Shown piece by piece: positions 18,758 to 28,095 of a DNA stretch of 64,000 nt. Source of the DNA: a virus. Position 1 is the stretch's first letter; every line of letters begins with the position of its first letter. The stretch spans positions 2,922 to 66,921 of the IMG/VR virus record IMGVR_UViG_3300009159_000067; one strand, given 5' to 3'. The notes beneath the pieces are model-generated. The model saw only the letters and a program-made list of their open reading frames with translations, was not told where the DNA came from and did no database searches. The position numbers were made by a program, and so were the translations under genes.

Positions 18758-18795
18758 ATGGTATAAATATAAAAAAAGTGAGATTTCTCTCACTT

Positions 18796-19107
18796 TTAAA
18801 AATTCAATTTTGAAACGAAGTTTTTTAATAAATGTAATATGTTATCCCTGCCGACAGGATTTGCAGAATGGACATTGTATTCAGGAATTGGTAATCCATT
18901 ATCCCAACAATATTCACATAACCATTTAGCACAATCATATCCGGTTTTTTCATCGGTTTCACCTAAATCGTGATCAAATGAAATGAGATCAGGAGTACCA
19001 TTTGTTTCAATCCATTTAACAAAATCACTATAACTTCTAACAATTTCCCATCCTTCAGTTGTTGGGTTTCTTATATCATCAAGGTATAATTTTTTAGACA
19101 TAATCAA
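18796..19107 (-). CDS. Cyclic-phosphate-processing receiver-like domain protein
   Basis: LYLDDIR.P, ISFDHDLG, TGYD..KWL, HSANPVG. Confidence 0.75.
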   Translation of the reverse strand: MIMSKKLYLDDIRNPTTEGWEIVRSYSDFVKWIETNGTPDLISFDHDLGETDEKTGYDCAKWLCEYCWDNGLPIPEYNVHSANPVGRDNILHLLKNFVSKLNF

Positions 19108-19774
19108 TTTTTTTAGTTTCTAAATCAAAATCAATAACTATGGGTTTATTCTCATACTCATATCTTTCATTCAAAACGGACGCATTCAAAAACTCAACAC
19201 CATTAAAATTCTTTTGACCATAGGCCCAATGAATATGTCCACAAACATGAATTTTTGGTTGAACTTCCATTATTCTGTGAAATAGATCTTGACAACCTAC
19301 TTGTTGACCTGTGATGGTGTGATCTAACATACCAAACGCAGGACCGTGAGTAATGAGAATATCAGTATTTCCAGGGATCTTGGCCCATTTTTCGGCAAGT
19401 TTTTCTCCTCTTGGAAGATTGAATGCCCAATCATAGAATTCAGGTTGCCAAGGACTTCCATAAAATTTTATTCCATCTATTACAACCTCACTATCATAAA
19501 GGTAATGAACACCTTTTTCTTTGTATTCGGGTGCGATATCTGTGTGTAATTCAAAACCAAAATCGTGATTACCTGCAATGAATATTTTGTGCGTGAAATC
19601 TGTATTAGAGAACCAATCCAAAAATTCTTTTATTTCATGAGATTTACCAACATTAGATATGTCACCAGCATGGATCAAATAATCACCACTACCAAGTATA
19701 TTATCAAATCCCTTACTTGTAAGGTGTTTGTGTCTACCGTGAGTGTCGCTGATGAATACCATTTTCTTGTTCAT
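19094..19774 (-). CDS. Metallophosphoesterase (MPPED-like)
   Basis: ISDTHG, HAGD, IAGNHD, THGP, GHIH. Confidence 0.9.
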   Translation of the reverse strand: MNKKMVFISDTHGRHKHLTSKGFDNILGSGDYLIHAGDISNVGKSHEIKEFLDWFSNTDFTHKIFIAGNHDFGFELHTDIAPEYKEKGVHYLYDSEVVIDGIKFYGSPWQPEFYDWAFNLPRGEKLAEKWAKIPGNTDILITHGPAFGMLDHTITGQQVGCQDLFHRIMEVQPKIHVCGHIHWAYGQKNFNGVEFLNASVLNERYEYENKPIVIDFDLETKKIDYV

Positions 19775-19953
19775 AAAATATCTTTTTTCTCTTCTTCTGT
19801 TAAATCCCAATCTAACCAATCTTGACCGTTATAATGAGGATGTTTTTCTTTCATATAAGTTATTCCACCGGCCCATAACCAAGCGAGTGATCCTGCAATT
19901 GCTAAGATAAATAAAATAATTCCAATCATAAAATATAGTTTTAAATAAATAGA

Positions 19954-20550
19954 TTAATCCCACCATCCTTTAATACCTGATCCATCAAACCATTCATACC
20001 ACAGGTCTTTTTTCTTAATATCCTCCTCACTTTGGGAATCATACAAGGATTTGTACTCTTTATGATTTTGTCCCTTCAGAATCGTAAATAATTCCTCAAA
20101 TTCGGATGTTTCAATTTCAGAAGCACGATCAAATACTTTTCGATTATGTTCTCTTTCTTCTGAAGAATCGTCTCTTTCATCCCAACCAATATTTTTTATC
20201 TCACCTAATTCTTTTTCTGCATCTGAAAGATAGTTATCCGTTTTAATCCGATCAAGTAAATAAATTACTCTTTTGATCTTTTCAACTTTTTTCAATCTTG
20301 AAGAATCTATTTCAATACCATAAAATTCAATGGTATTTGCGGTTTTTTCTAACGAACGACGAAACATTTGAAGATTATATGTGTAATCCCAAGATCTAAA
20401 TGCCCAAAGTTCTTTTCTAAAAAACCAAATGTTTTCCAAAAAATATGGTAAGTCCCTACGAAAAAAATTATAGGTTTTATACCACCAAGTTTGGTGTCTT
20501 GATAATCTTTTTAATGATTTCCAAAAACTATCGGAAAATGTTATATTCAT
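19954..20550 (-). CDS. Hypothetical protein
   Basis: ORF with WDY motif, ends GWWD. Confidence 0.7.
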   Translation of the reverse strand: MNITFSDSFWKSLKRLSRHQTWWYKTYNFFRRDLPYFLENIWFFRKELWAFRSWDYTYNLQMFRRSLEKTANTIEFYGIEIDSSRLKKVEKIKRVIYLLDRIKTDNYLSDAEKELGEIKNIGWDERDDSSEEREHNRKVFDRASEIETSEFEELFTILKGQNHKEYKSLYDSQSEEDIKKKDLWYEWFDGSGIKGWWD

Positions 20551-20784
20551 TTTAATCTTTTTTTTCAGTTTTAAATAATATTGTTATTGTAATAACTAAT
20601 AATAAACCTAATCCAAATAATACTAGTCCTAATAACTCTAATTTCATTTTACAAATATAGGAAAAAAATAAGACCCGACAAAATTTTGACGGGTCTTTTG
20701 GAAAGGGATATATGAGAACACTCATTTGAGTGATGTGATAATAAATATAGTAAAAAATTAAAAAAATCCAATTTTTTGATACTA

Positions 20785-21195
20785 TTAGAAGGAATTTTTT
20801 ACTTTTTCCAATAATTTTTCATCGAATTTAATACCGTGCCTTTTTTTGAAATTTTTTAATAATTGTTTAATTGATCCAATTCTATCTTTTTGTTTTAATA
20901 GAATATACGCACCAAGATCAGCTTCCAATTCTTCTTCATCACTTCTTGGACCATCGTGGCCCAAAATGATATGTGAAATTTCATGTGCTTCTATGAACTT
21001 TAAAACATCCGAATTAAAATTATCAATAAATTGTTCTCCATCAACAACAATCAGTTTTTTACCTGGTATCATAAACCCATAACCATATTCATCAAAGAAT
21101 GGTTTTAAGAATTCATATTGAGGATTATCAGAAAGAACAATTGCGATTGTAATTTCAGGTAAAAATTCACTTGTGAATGTAAGAGGTTGCTCCAA
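20785..21195 (-). CDS. Zincin metallopeptidase-like (ImmA/IrrE-like)
   Basis: AHEISHIILGH ... ELEAD. Confidence 0.65.
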   Translation of the reverse strand: MEQPLTFTSEFLPEITIAIVLSDNPQYEFLKPFFDEYGYGFMIPGKKLIVVDGEQFIDNFNSDVLKFIEAHEISHIILGHDGPRSDEEELEADLGAYILLKQKDRIGSIKQLLKNFKKRHGIKFDEKLLEKVKNSF

Positions 21196-21418
21196 TTTTA
21201 AAAATTTTGTTTTTGAATTTAGCCCAATAGTTTGATTTTAGAGAGTTTAAAAAAATTATTTCATCTGCTTTGAGTTTTTTTAACATATATTTCTTTTCCC
21301 AAACAGAAAAACAATTTTGAACAACACCCATTTGACTTTCAGATTCCGCAGAATCTAAAATTCGGATGACCCACTCAAATTCATAGAATGCTATATTTTT
21401 ATTCACTTCTAATGTCAT
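21167..21418 (-). CDS. Hypothetical protein
   Basis: ORF after TACCTTTG promoter. Confidence 0.55.
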   Translation of the reverse strand: MTLEVNKNIAFYEFEWVIRILDSAESESQMGVVQNCFSVWEKKYMLKKLKADEIIFLNSLKSNYWAKFKNKIFKIGATSYIHK

Positions 21419-21445
21419 AACTTATTTTTTTCAAAGGTAATTAAA

Positions 21446-22261
21446 TTATTTCAATAATTCATAATATTCTTTGAAATGTTTAATTCTGTCAGGTAATCCT
21501 ATTGTTCCTCCGTTTACACATTTTGTAACAGAAGTTACAGTTGCGTCAGATGCATCAACACATTTACTCAAACAATTTTTACTGAAAAACCAAGCAGCAG
21601 ATAACAAAGCGTATTTTGTTGAAACAAGGTCTGGATTTGATGCAATGTCTTCATTGATTGCCTTACCAAATGCGGTATAGTTATCCTTTCCGGTAAGTTG
21701 GATGAATCCGCGGCCTCTAAATTTCCAGCCTTCACCTGTTGATTCCGGACCATTACCCATGCGTCCACCATAAACTCTGTTTGCAATTTTTTCAGGATTT
21801 CTAGCATAACCTTCAGCAAGAACATCTTTAAAATATTTTGTGAATATTTTTTTAAGACCATCTGAAGAATAATTTAAGTTTTCATTTACAACTTTAAATC
21901 CTCCTGATTCGTGACCACATTGGGCCAAGAAATGAGCCAATTTAATTGGCGTATTTATTCCAAATTTTGCTGCAGTATCAGGTATTTGTGCAATAACTGA
22001 ATCAGGAATATGACCCTTTAGTTTATCTAAATTTAATCCTCCGACTTGAGGGGCGACTTGGGGGGCGACTTGAGGGGTAATGCCCATAAGTTTATTCCAT
22101 GTTCCCTCTCCGACAATTCCGTCAGGAGTCAACCCATTTTTTAATTGGAAAGCTTTTACTGCATCCTCTGTTTTAGCGCCAAATGATCCATCAGCGCCTA
22201 ATCCTAATTTTTCTTGTAATTTTTTAACATCATCACCTTTAGATCCGTTTTTTAATAGCAT
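21446..22261 (-). CDS. Endolysin: PG-binding domain plus GH19 lysozyme
   Basis: GSKGDDVKKLQ..DG.FG.KT..AV..FQ; AHFLAQCGHESGGF, FRGRGFIQLTG, VNGG. Confidence 0.92.
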   Translation of the reverse strand: MLLKNGSKGDDVKKLQEKLGLGADGSFGAKTEDAVKAFQLKNGLTPDGIVGEGTWNKLMGITPQVAPQVAPQVGGLNLDKLKGHIPDSVIAQIPDTAAKFGINTPIKLAHFLAQCGHESGGFKVVNENLNYSSDGLKKIFTKYFKDVLAEGYARNPEKIANRVYGGRMGNGPESTGEGWKFRGRGFIQLTGKDNYTAFGKAINEDIASNPDLVSTKYALLSAAWFFSKNCLSKCVDASDATVTSVTKCVNGGTIGLPDRIKHFKEYYELLK

Positions 22262-22328
22262 AAAAAAATATTTAACAGTTTATTATTATGATAAATATTT
22301 TATAATTGGAGATTGATCATATCAATCC

Positions 22329-22682
22329 TTATAATTTTACACCAATACCTATAAATTTAGAATCAATTCCAGCAATTGTTAGTAAATTACAACCAATACT
22401 AATCCGTTTATAATCAGCTCTTATAACAAAACCTGCCTGCCCAAAGTTATGATTGTGTTTTTCGGTGTCAAACCAAATTATAGGAGCCAATGCAGTTCCT
22501 ATTGTAAACTTTTTAGTTAGATTTACTTTTAAAAATGCGGGTGAAACCGCTCCAAATCCAATTTTATTATGGAAATTATTGAACACCATAATAGATCCTT
22601 CAATCAGTTTAGGTTTTGGAGTTTGTGCATTGGTAATTAAACCAATCAATACAATTGATAATGTAATTAATATTTTTTTCAT
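22329..22682 (-). CDS. Secreted small beta-rich protein in lysis cluster
   Basis: Signal peptide; amphipathic strands ending IGIGVKL. Confidence 0.55.
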   Translation of the reverse strand: MKKILITLSIVLIGLITNAQTPKPKLIEGSIMVFNNFHNKIGFGAVSPAFLKVNLTKKFTIGTALAPIIWFDTEKHNHNFGQAGFVIRADYKRISIGCNLLTIAGIDSKFIGIGVKL

Positions 22683-22684
22683 AG

Positions 22685-23083
22685 TTATCTTTTATATCTG
22701 TCTTCCAATACCTGTAAACGAGCTTTGATATCTGCTCTTTCCTGCATTGCGCCAACTTTAACATCTGTAATTAAATTGTTTAATTCCATTTTCATGTCTG
22801 CTCTAGCTTGCATTGCGTTTGCTCTTAATTGTTCGAGTTCAATTGTAGTTCCTTGAACTGGTATCGCTTTATTCTCAGCGTTAACTACTATTGCCACTTT
22901 ATTTTCTAATACAGTTACATGATCACTTAATTCATTTACTTGAGTAAGTAGCCATCCAATTGCCGATACGCATACTGGAAATAAAATGAATACTAATTTT
23001 TCTACCAGATCTGATTTACCTTTGTCTACCGCTAATGTTTTTTCTAACTCGGCAGTTCTCTCTTGTTGTGATTGTTGTGCCAT
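22685..23083 (-). CDS. Single-TM coiled-coil protein (putative holin)
   Basis: One TM plus heptads, upstream of the endolysin. Confidence 0.5.
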   Translation of the reverse strand: MAQQSQQERTAELEKTLAVDKGKSDLVEKLVFILFPVCVSAIGWLLTQVNELSDHVTVLENKVAIVVNAENKAIPVQGTTIELEQLRANAMQARADMKMELNNLITDVKVGAMQERADIKARLQVLEDRYKR

Positions 23084-23087
23084 AATT

Positions 23088-23519
23088 TTAATTATTTTTA
23101 ATTGTATCAATTTTTATTTGGTCAGACATTGAAGTATCTATATTTTGAGATATGGAACTGTCGGATTTAACCGAAGTAGTAGTTTTTTTTCTACCCCAAA
23201 AATTCTTTTCAACTTCAATAAAAACTGTATCTACTTTGTAAATAACTTTTTCGTTAATTACATTTTGTAGGGTCATGAGTTGAGTTCTTTCTGTTTTAAA
23301 TCTTTCAACTTCATTTGTAAGAATTTTAAATTCTCTAATTACTTTTATTACTTGTTCTTTTGTTTTTAAATCACTCTTTTTTTGCACCGAATCTGAAATA
23401 GATAAATTTTGTTGACTCTTTGTTAAAAGACTATCAAACTCTACAGGAGCAACAACAGATTTCTCTGAATTAGTACACGAAAAAAGAAATAACCCAAAAA
23501 TGAATAATGATTTTTTCAT
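23088..23519 (-). CDS. Lipoprotein, putative o-spanin
   Basis: Lipobox LFSC; lysis-cluster position. Confidence 0.5.
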   Translation of the reverse strand: MKKSLFIFGLFLFSCTNSEKSVVAPVEFDSLLTKSQQNLSISDSVQKKSDLKTKEQVIKVIREFKILTNEVERFKTERTQLMTLQNVINEKVIYKVDTVFIEVEKNFWGRKKTTTSVKSDSSISQNIDTSMSDQIKIDTIKNN

Positions 23520-23521
23520 TG

Positions 23522-23833
23522 TTAGTTAATTTTACCTAATTCCTGTAATACAGTTATTTTTGAAACTGCTGCAGAAAGAGAACTATCAGATCTTCTTAAC
23601 TGATTTGTTAACGCATCAACTTTAGTTTCTAAAATTTCAATTTTTTTACCTTGAGCATTAATTTGACTATTGTAGTTTACTTTACCATCAACATATAGGT
23701 AGCCAATTGCAATGATCACAATAAATAATAATCCCTTAACAGGTTCTTTAGCAAATTCTTTAAATGAAATTGGAGGTTTAATTGTTCCTGCAATAGATTC
23801 CACAGTTGAATCTACTTTTTTTCTTGTTGCCAT
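23522..23833 (-). CDS. Membrane-anchored coiled-coil, putative i-spanin
   Basis: One TM plus coiled coil directly upstream of the lipoprotein. Confidence 0.5.
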   Translation of the reverse strand: MATRKKVDSTVESIAGTIKPPISFKEFAKEPVKGLLFIVIIAIGYLYVDGKVNYNSQINAQGKKIEILETKVDALTNQLRRSDSSLSAAVSKITVLQELGKIN

Positions 23834-24160
23834 TTTTTCTTTATTTATATTTTATTCCACAATGTGGAAAGTATCTTGGTATAAATAAATATTATATTAT
23901 AAAGGAAATGAATATTAATCTTCAATTTTTTTAATGGTAATTTCAGTTGGTTGGCCGGAAACTCAAATATCTAAAACCATCAATACGAGATATGGTTCTA
24001 TTTCAGAAATAGGATGAGGAACATTTGTAAAAAAATTTAAAATTACCCAAGAAAAAACCCTTACTCCTATTAAAAGTCTTACTATTATTAAAAATGCAGC
24101 AAAAATTATTTTAAAAGTCATAATGTAAAATTAAAACTATTTATCTAAAAAACAATAAGT

Positions 24161-24787
24161 GTGAATAATTTAAGAGAAATAATAAGAGAATCTTTAGAAA
24201 GTTATAAAACTTCCACATTGATTCTTAAAGAAGAATGCCAAATTTCAGAAAATTTACAATATCATATTGATAATAAAATATCTTTAACTGATAATGTTTT
24301 CAGAGTTTATTCTGAAAATTATTTTGATCTTGTAAATGAAGTTAGAAATCTTTGGAAAGAAGGTAAAATTGATCTAAATGAAGAGGATACATTAATGGTT
24401 GAATCTAGTTTGGGTGAAAAAGTAAAAGTTAATGGTGAAATAGTTTATTTAGATGCTCCTTATATTTTAGAATATGAAACAGAAGAAGATATTTTAGAGG
24501 AAGCAAAACATCACGGAAAAAATGTTAAATTAAATAAACCATTCAGAACATCAGGAGGACCAAAAAAGTTTGCCGTTTATGTTAAAAGTAAAAGTGGTGG
24601 TATTAAAAAAGTTACTTTTGGTGATCCTAAATTAAAAGTTAAAAACGCAAATAAAAAAGCCGCAAAATCTTTCAGAGCAAGACATAGATGTGATCAGAAA
24701 AAAGATAGGACTACTGCAGGATACTGGAGTTGCAATGTCGGACGATATGCTAAACAACTTGGATTATCATCTTCAAATTCTTGGTAA
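24161..24787 (+). CDS. Leader-bearing protein, paralog of 2365..2850
   Basis: LEEA.H.GK.V.L.KP..KKF.VYVK...KKVTFGDP...FRARH.C...YWSC. Confidence 0.75.
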   Translation: MNNLREIIRESLESYKTSTLILKEECQISENLQYHIDNKISLTDNVFRVYSENYFDLVNEVRNLWKEGKIDLNEEDTLMVESSLGEKVKVNGEIVYLDAPYILEYETEEDILEEAKHHGKNVKLNKPFRTSGGPKKFAVYVKSKSGGIKKVTFGDPKLKVKNANKKAAKSFRARHRCDQKKDRTTAGYWSCNVGRYAKQLGLSSSNSW

Positions 24788-25053
24788 TGGATTTTCCTTT
24801 TGAACAATATATTAAAGAAGGAAAAATGGTTAGGGTATTTACCCCTGATGTTCCTGCCGATGAATTAAAATGGCATCAAGATCTCAAAGATAGAAAAGTT
24901 ACGGTAGTTGAAGATGGAGGATGGTCATTTCAAATGGAAAATAGTCTGCCAATCAAATTGTCAGATGCTAAACAAATTTCAATTCCAAAATTTGCTTGGC
25001 ATAGAGTTATTAAAGGTAAAGGAGATTTAATTGTAGAAATTGAAGAATTCTAA
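24787..25053 (+). CDS. Small cupin-like phage protein
   Basis: ELKWHQD..DR.V.V..GW.FQ...IPK..WHRVIKG. Confidence 0.6.
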   Translation: MDFPFEQYIKEGKMVRVFTPDVPADELKWHQDLKDRKVTVVEDGGWSFQMENSLPIKLSDAKQISIPKFAWHRVIKGKGDLIVEIEEF

Positions 25054-25820
25054 TATAATTTTTTTAAATCAAATTTTTTAACAAAAGCAGGAAACGCTTC
25101 TTCATATGATTTTTCTGATTCATCAGTAACTTTGTTAGTGAATTGCCAGTTCCAATAAAATGTATCATTTGGTTTGAAACCATAAAAAGTATGAACTCTT
25201 TTTTGAGTATCTACAACATCCATACCTTTCCAGTTTTGTCCTGTGCAGATAAAACCACTTTGAATATTTTCAACAATGTTTGATTCACCTAAAGTTTCGT
25301 GTCTATTTTCAATCCAAGTCAATCTTTCAATCAATTTTTGATAGAACATATTAGCCTGACCCCATCTTACTGAAGTAAAAAATATAACAGCATTTGATTC
25401 AAATAATTCTTTAGATATTTTCCAAAGTTCATCACCTTTTTCATTTACACTAGCCCAACATCTATGATATCCTGTTGGGTTTTTATCTTTATCTTTTAAC
25501 TTGGCTTTCATTAAACCACAGGAGTTACCATCTTTTCTTGATACATTTCCTTCACATGGAACAATATTAAGTTCAGGAACATCTATTAAAACTGATTTAT
25601 CATTTAGATATTCATTGATAATCATAGCAAGAATTGTTGATTTGGGTATGTCCATATCATTTGGATCCCAATTGTATCTGTTTGAACAAGTCAATAATAA
25701 TACCTTATCTAATTTTTGAAGTTCAGATATTGTTTTTTCAAGTTTTTTTAAATTACCTGTAGAATTGTTCTTTTCGGTAACATTATACTTATCAAATAAT
25801 TCTTGTAGTCTATTGTCCAT
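25050..25820 (-). CDS. Flavodoxin-like (NADPH-dependent FMN reductase / iron-sulfur flavoprotein-like) protein
   Basis: LLLTCSNR, I.PCEG, AVIFFTSVRWG...QKLIERL. Confidence 0.65.
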   Translation of the reverse strand: MDNRLQELFDKYNVTEKNNSTGNLKKLEKTISELQKLDKVLLLTCSNRYNWDPNDMDIPKSTILAMIINEYLNDKSVLIDVPELNIVPCEGNVSRKDGNSCGLMKAKLKDKDKNPTGYHRCWASVNEKGDELWKISKELFESNAVIFFTSVRWGQANMFYQKLIERLTWIENRHETLGESNIVENIQSGFICTGQNWKGMDVVDTQKRVHTFYGFKPNDTFYWNWQFTNKVTDESEKSYEEAFPAFVKKFDLKKLY

Positions 25821-25878
25821 TGAATATAAATACTTCGTATATGGTAATAAAAAACCCATCATTTAGATGGGTTTATAA

Positions 25879-26811
25879 TTATGCTCTCATATTTGGCAGT
25901 CTTTGTATGATATTTTCTAAAGTTTCTAAATCTTCAACATTCATAATTTCAGATTCTAATGGCATTGGATACATTTCTTTAAGTTCATAGGGATCAATAC
26001 ATTCTTTATGAACTTGTTGTTGAATCTCATCTGAACATAGATTTTTATTGCTGTGTTCTGAATTTAAAATTCTTTTAATGATGGGAAATAAATAATCGTC
26101 AATATCAAGAGTTAAAAAATCAACTCTTGAATCTTCCGCATTCCAAAAACTAATATCATTTTTATCTGAAATACTTTTGAAAGCCGCAAATTTATATCCG
26201 GTTTTTTTATTTATAAAATAAACTAAAATTCCCTGTCTCCAGTATCTTTCAAAATAATTTTTTTCTTTTTGATAGGTTGTACACCATCTTGTATTTGACC
26301 CGTATTTAATAGACGCAGAAAAAGTCAAAGGTCTCACAATTACCCACTTATCATCTTCAAACTCTTTAATTACTTGTTTCTCCATTCCTTTATCCAACTC
26401 TTTCATTGTTGCAATGGTTATGGCATTCCTTAAGTCATCAATTTCATTATATGATGTTACATCTTTATTTTCAATTTGATTAATATCAATGTAATATATA
26501 AAATCTTTTATGGTTGTAAAAATACCATCATCCCAAAAATCTGAAAGAGTAGTTAATACAAACATTTGCTCTTCATTTAAACCATTGGTTGATATTCCCC
26601 TTCCAATTAAAAGAGAATTTAACTGTAAAACCCCTTTTGCTTGATCTTCTTTATCAACAAATTGTGAATCAAAATCAAATTTTTTATTAAAAAGTTTGCA
26701 AAAAAGAGCTAAATATTTATAACTTTTTGAAGTATCCAATCTAACCATAAGATCAAATAATGACATGTTTAATTGTGGATATTCTTTTTTTAACTCGTCA
26801 AGTCGGGACAT
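25879..26811 (-). CDS. PxTxxASxxYGxxTxWC-domain protein (PcfJ-like)
   Basis: IVRPLTFSASIKYGSNTRWCTT. Confidence 0.65.
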   Translation of the reverse strand: MSRLDELKKEYPQLNMSLFDLMVRLDTSKSYKYLALFCKLFNKKFDFDSQFVDKEDQAKGVLQLNSLLIGRGISTNGLNEEQMFVLTTLSDFWDDGIFTTIKDFIYYIDINQIENKDVTSYNEIDDLRNAITIATMKELDKGMEKQVIKEFEDDKWVIVRPLTFSASIKYGSNTRWCTTYQKEKNYFERYWRQGILVYFINKKTGYKFAAFKSISDKNDISFWNAEDSRVDFLTLDIDDYLFPIIKRILNSEHSNKNLCSDEIQQQVHKECIDPYELKEMYPMPLESEIMNVEDLETLENIIQRLPNMRA

Positions 26812-26858
26812 AATAATATTTTTTTAAAATATAGAGGATTTAAAAATGATAGTCAAAG

Positions 26859-27019
26859 CTGTTGGGGAAGGATTCGAACCTTCACACGGAGATTCAGTAA
26901 TTGACAAAAGTGCTTGCAAGCAGGTGGTCTACCCCAATATCAATTACCTATTTCTTTGTCCGTGCCGTCGGGACTGGACGGTGTGTCTGCCATACTCGAG
27001 AGTTTTTCACCACCCAACA
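26859..27019 (-). tRNA. Giant tRNA-like RNA (161 nt), GUC anticodon, ~80-nt variable arm
   Basis: Acceptor TGTTGGG/CCCAACA, anticodon stem CCGTC/GACGG, T-arm GAAGG-TTCGAAT-CCTTC. Confidence 0.65.
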
Positions 27020-27102
27020 ATTTTTGATTTCAAATAAAAATAATCTATTTGACTTATTAAAACAATATTTTTGTTAAGTTAAATTAGAAGTATTTATTAA
27101 CA

Positions 27103-28095
27103 ATGAAAGAATTAGATTTTCCAATAGAGCGACTTAACTCCTTTTTTGATAAATATATTTTTGAGGTTTATGGACTTGATGAAAATGGTATAGACACTTC
27201 AAATATCCCTTTAAATATTAAAATTCAAATTACTGGTATAAAAGAATATATTAGTTTGGGAAAAGAAACGCCTTTTATTGAATATACTTTATATGTTTTA
27301 CCTCACAAAGAATATTCAAATGTGTATTATCAAGTATTGAGAAAGCATTTTGGTAGAGAAACAGATATAAATACAAGAAGTGATCAATATCAAGATATAA
27401 GGTGGGTAATGAATGAAAAGTTATCTCGAATGTTAAAATATTTTTCAATTGATATGCCAGCAATTTGTAAAAAAGTTATCAATGAAATTGAGCCATTTAA
27501 ATTAAATGAAAATTTAATTGTTGAATCACTTATAAAAGAAGATAAGTATGATTCGATAGTTAGACAAGTTGTTAGGGATATTTTTATGTTATTTAAAAAT
27601 AAAGAACAAGGAAGATTTTACTTGCCACCAGATGTTCACAACGATCAAGAACTTTATTTTTTTGGTGATTCAATATCATTTAATGTTGAACTTGAACTTA
27701 TACCTGATGACAGCGTTGATGGATATGATATTGAATCAAATTTTTATAGGGATGAAGATGTTATGGATATTGCAATAGTATATAACCCACAATATGGTAA
27801 GTCTGTTTTATATAGTTTAATTGGGGATTTAAATGACAATGTGAGACACGAATTACAACATTCGATACAACATTCACAAGAGTATAAGTTTCCAAAAAAA
27901 GAACCAAAAAGTCCATTAAAATACTATACACAACCTCATGAAATAGAAGCCCAAAAAAAAGGATTTAAAAGAGTTGCCAAACTCCAAAGAAAACCTTTAG
28001 AACAGGTTGTTAGAAATTGGTTCAGTAGTCATAGATCAAGACACGGACTAAATGATAAAGAAATAGAAATGGTTGTTAACCAAATTTTAAAATGA
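27103..28095 (+). CDS. Protein with C-terminal HExxH zincin-like domain
   Basis: VRHELQHSIQ...YY..PHEIEA; internal LNE/IVES/IKE sites. Confidence 0.65.
   Translation: MKELDFPIERLNSFFDKYIFEVYGLDENGIDTSNIPLNIKIQITGIKEYISLGKETPFIEYTLYVLPHKEYSNVYYQVLRKHFGRETDINTRSDQYQDIRWVMNEKLSRMLKYFSIDMPAICKKVINEIEPFKLNENLIVESLIKEDKYDSIVRQVVRDIFMLFKNKEQGRFYLPPDVHNDQELYFFGDSISFNVELELIPDDSVDGYDIESNFYRDEDVMDIAIVYNPQYGKSVLYSLIGDLNDNVRHELQHSIQHSQEYKFPKKEPKSPLKYYTQPHEIEAQKKGFKRVAKLQRKPLEQVVRNWFSSHRSRHGLNDKEIEMVVNQILK

Noticed and set aside
23915-24121. Minus-strand membrane ORF with in-frame TGA at 23963-23965 (possible readthrough)
   Set aside because: Single case; a simple nonsense change or a naturally short gene is more parsimonious.
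26846-27037. 63-aa ORF on the + strand
   Set aside because: Antisense to the tRNA-like RNA.
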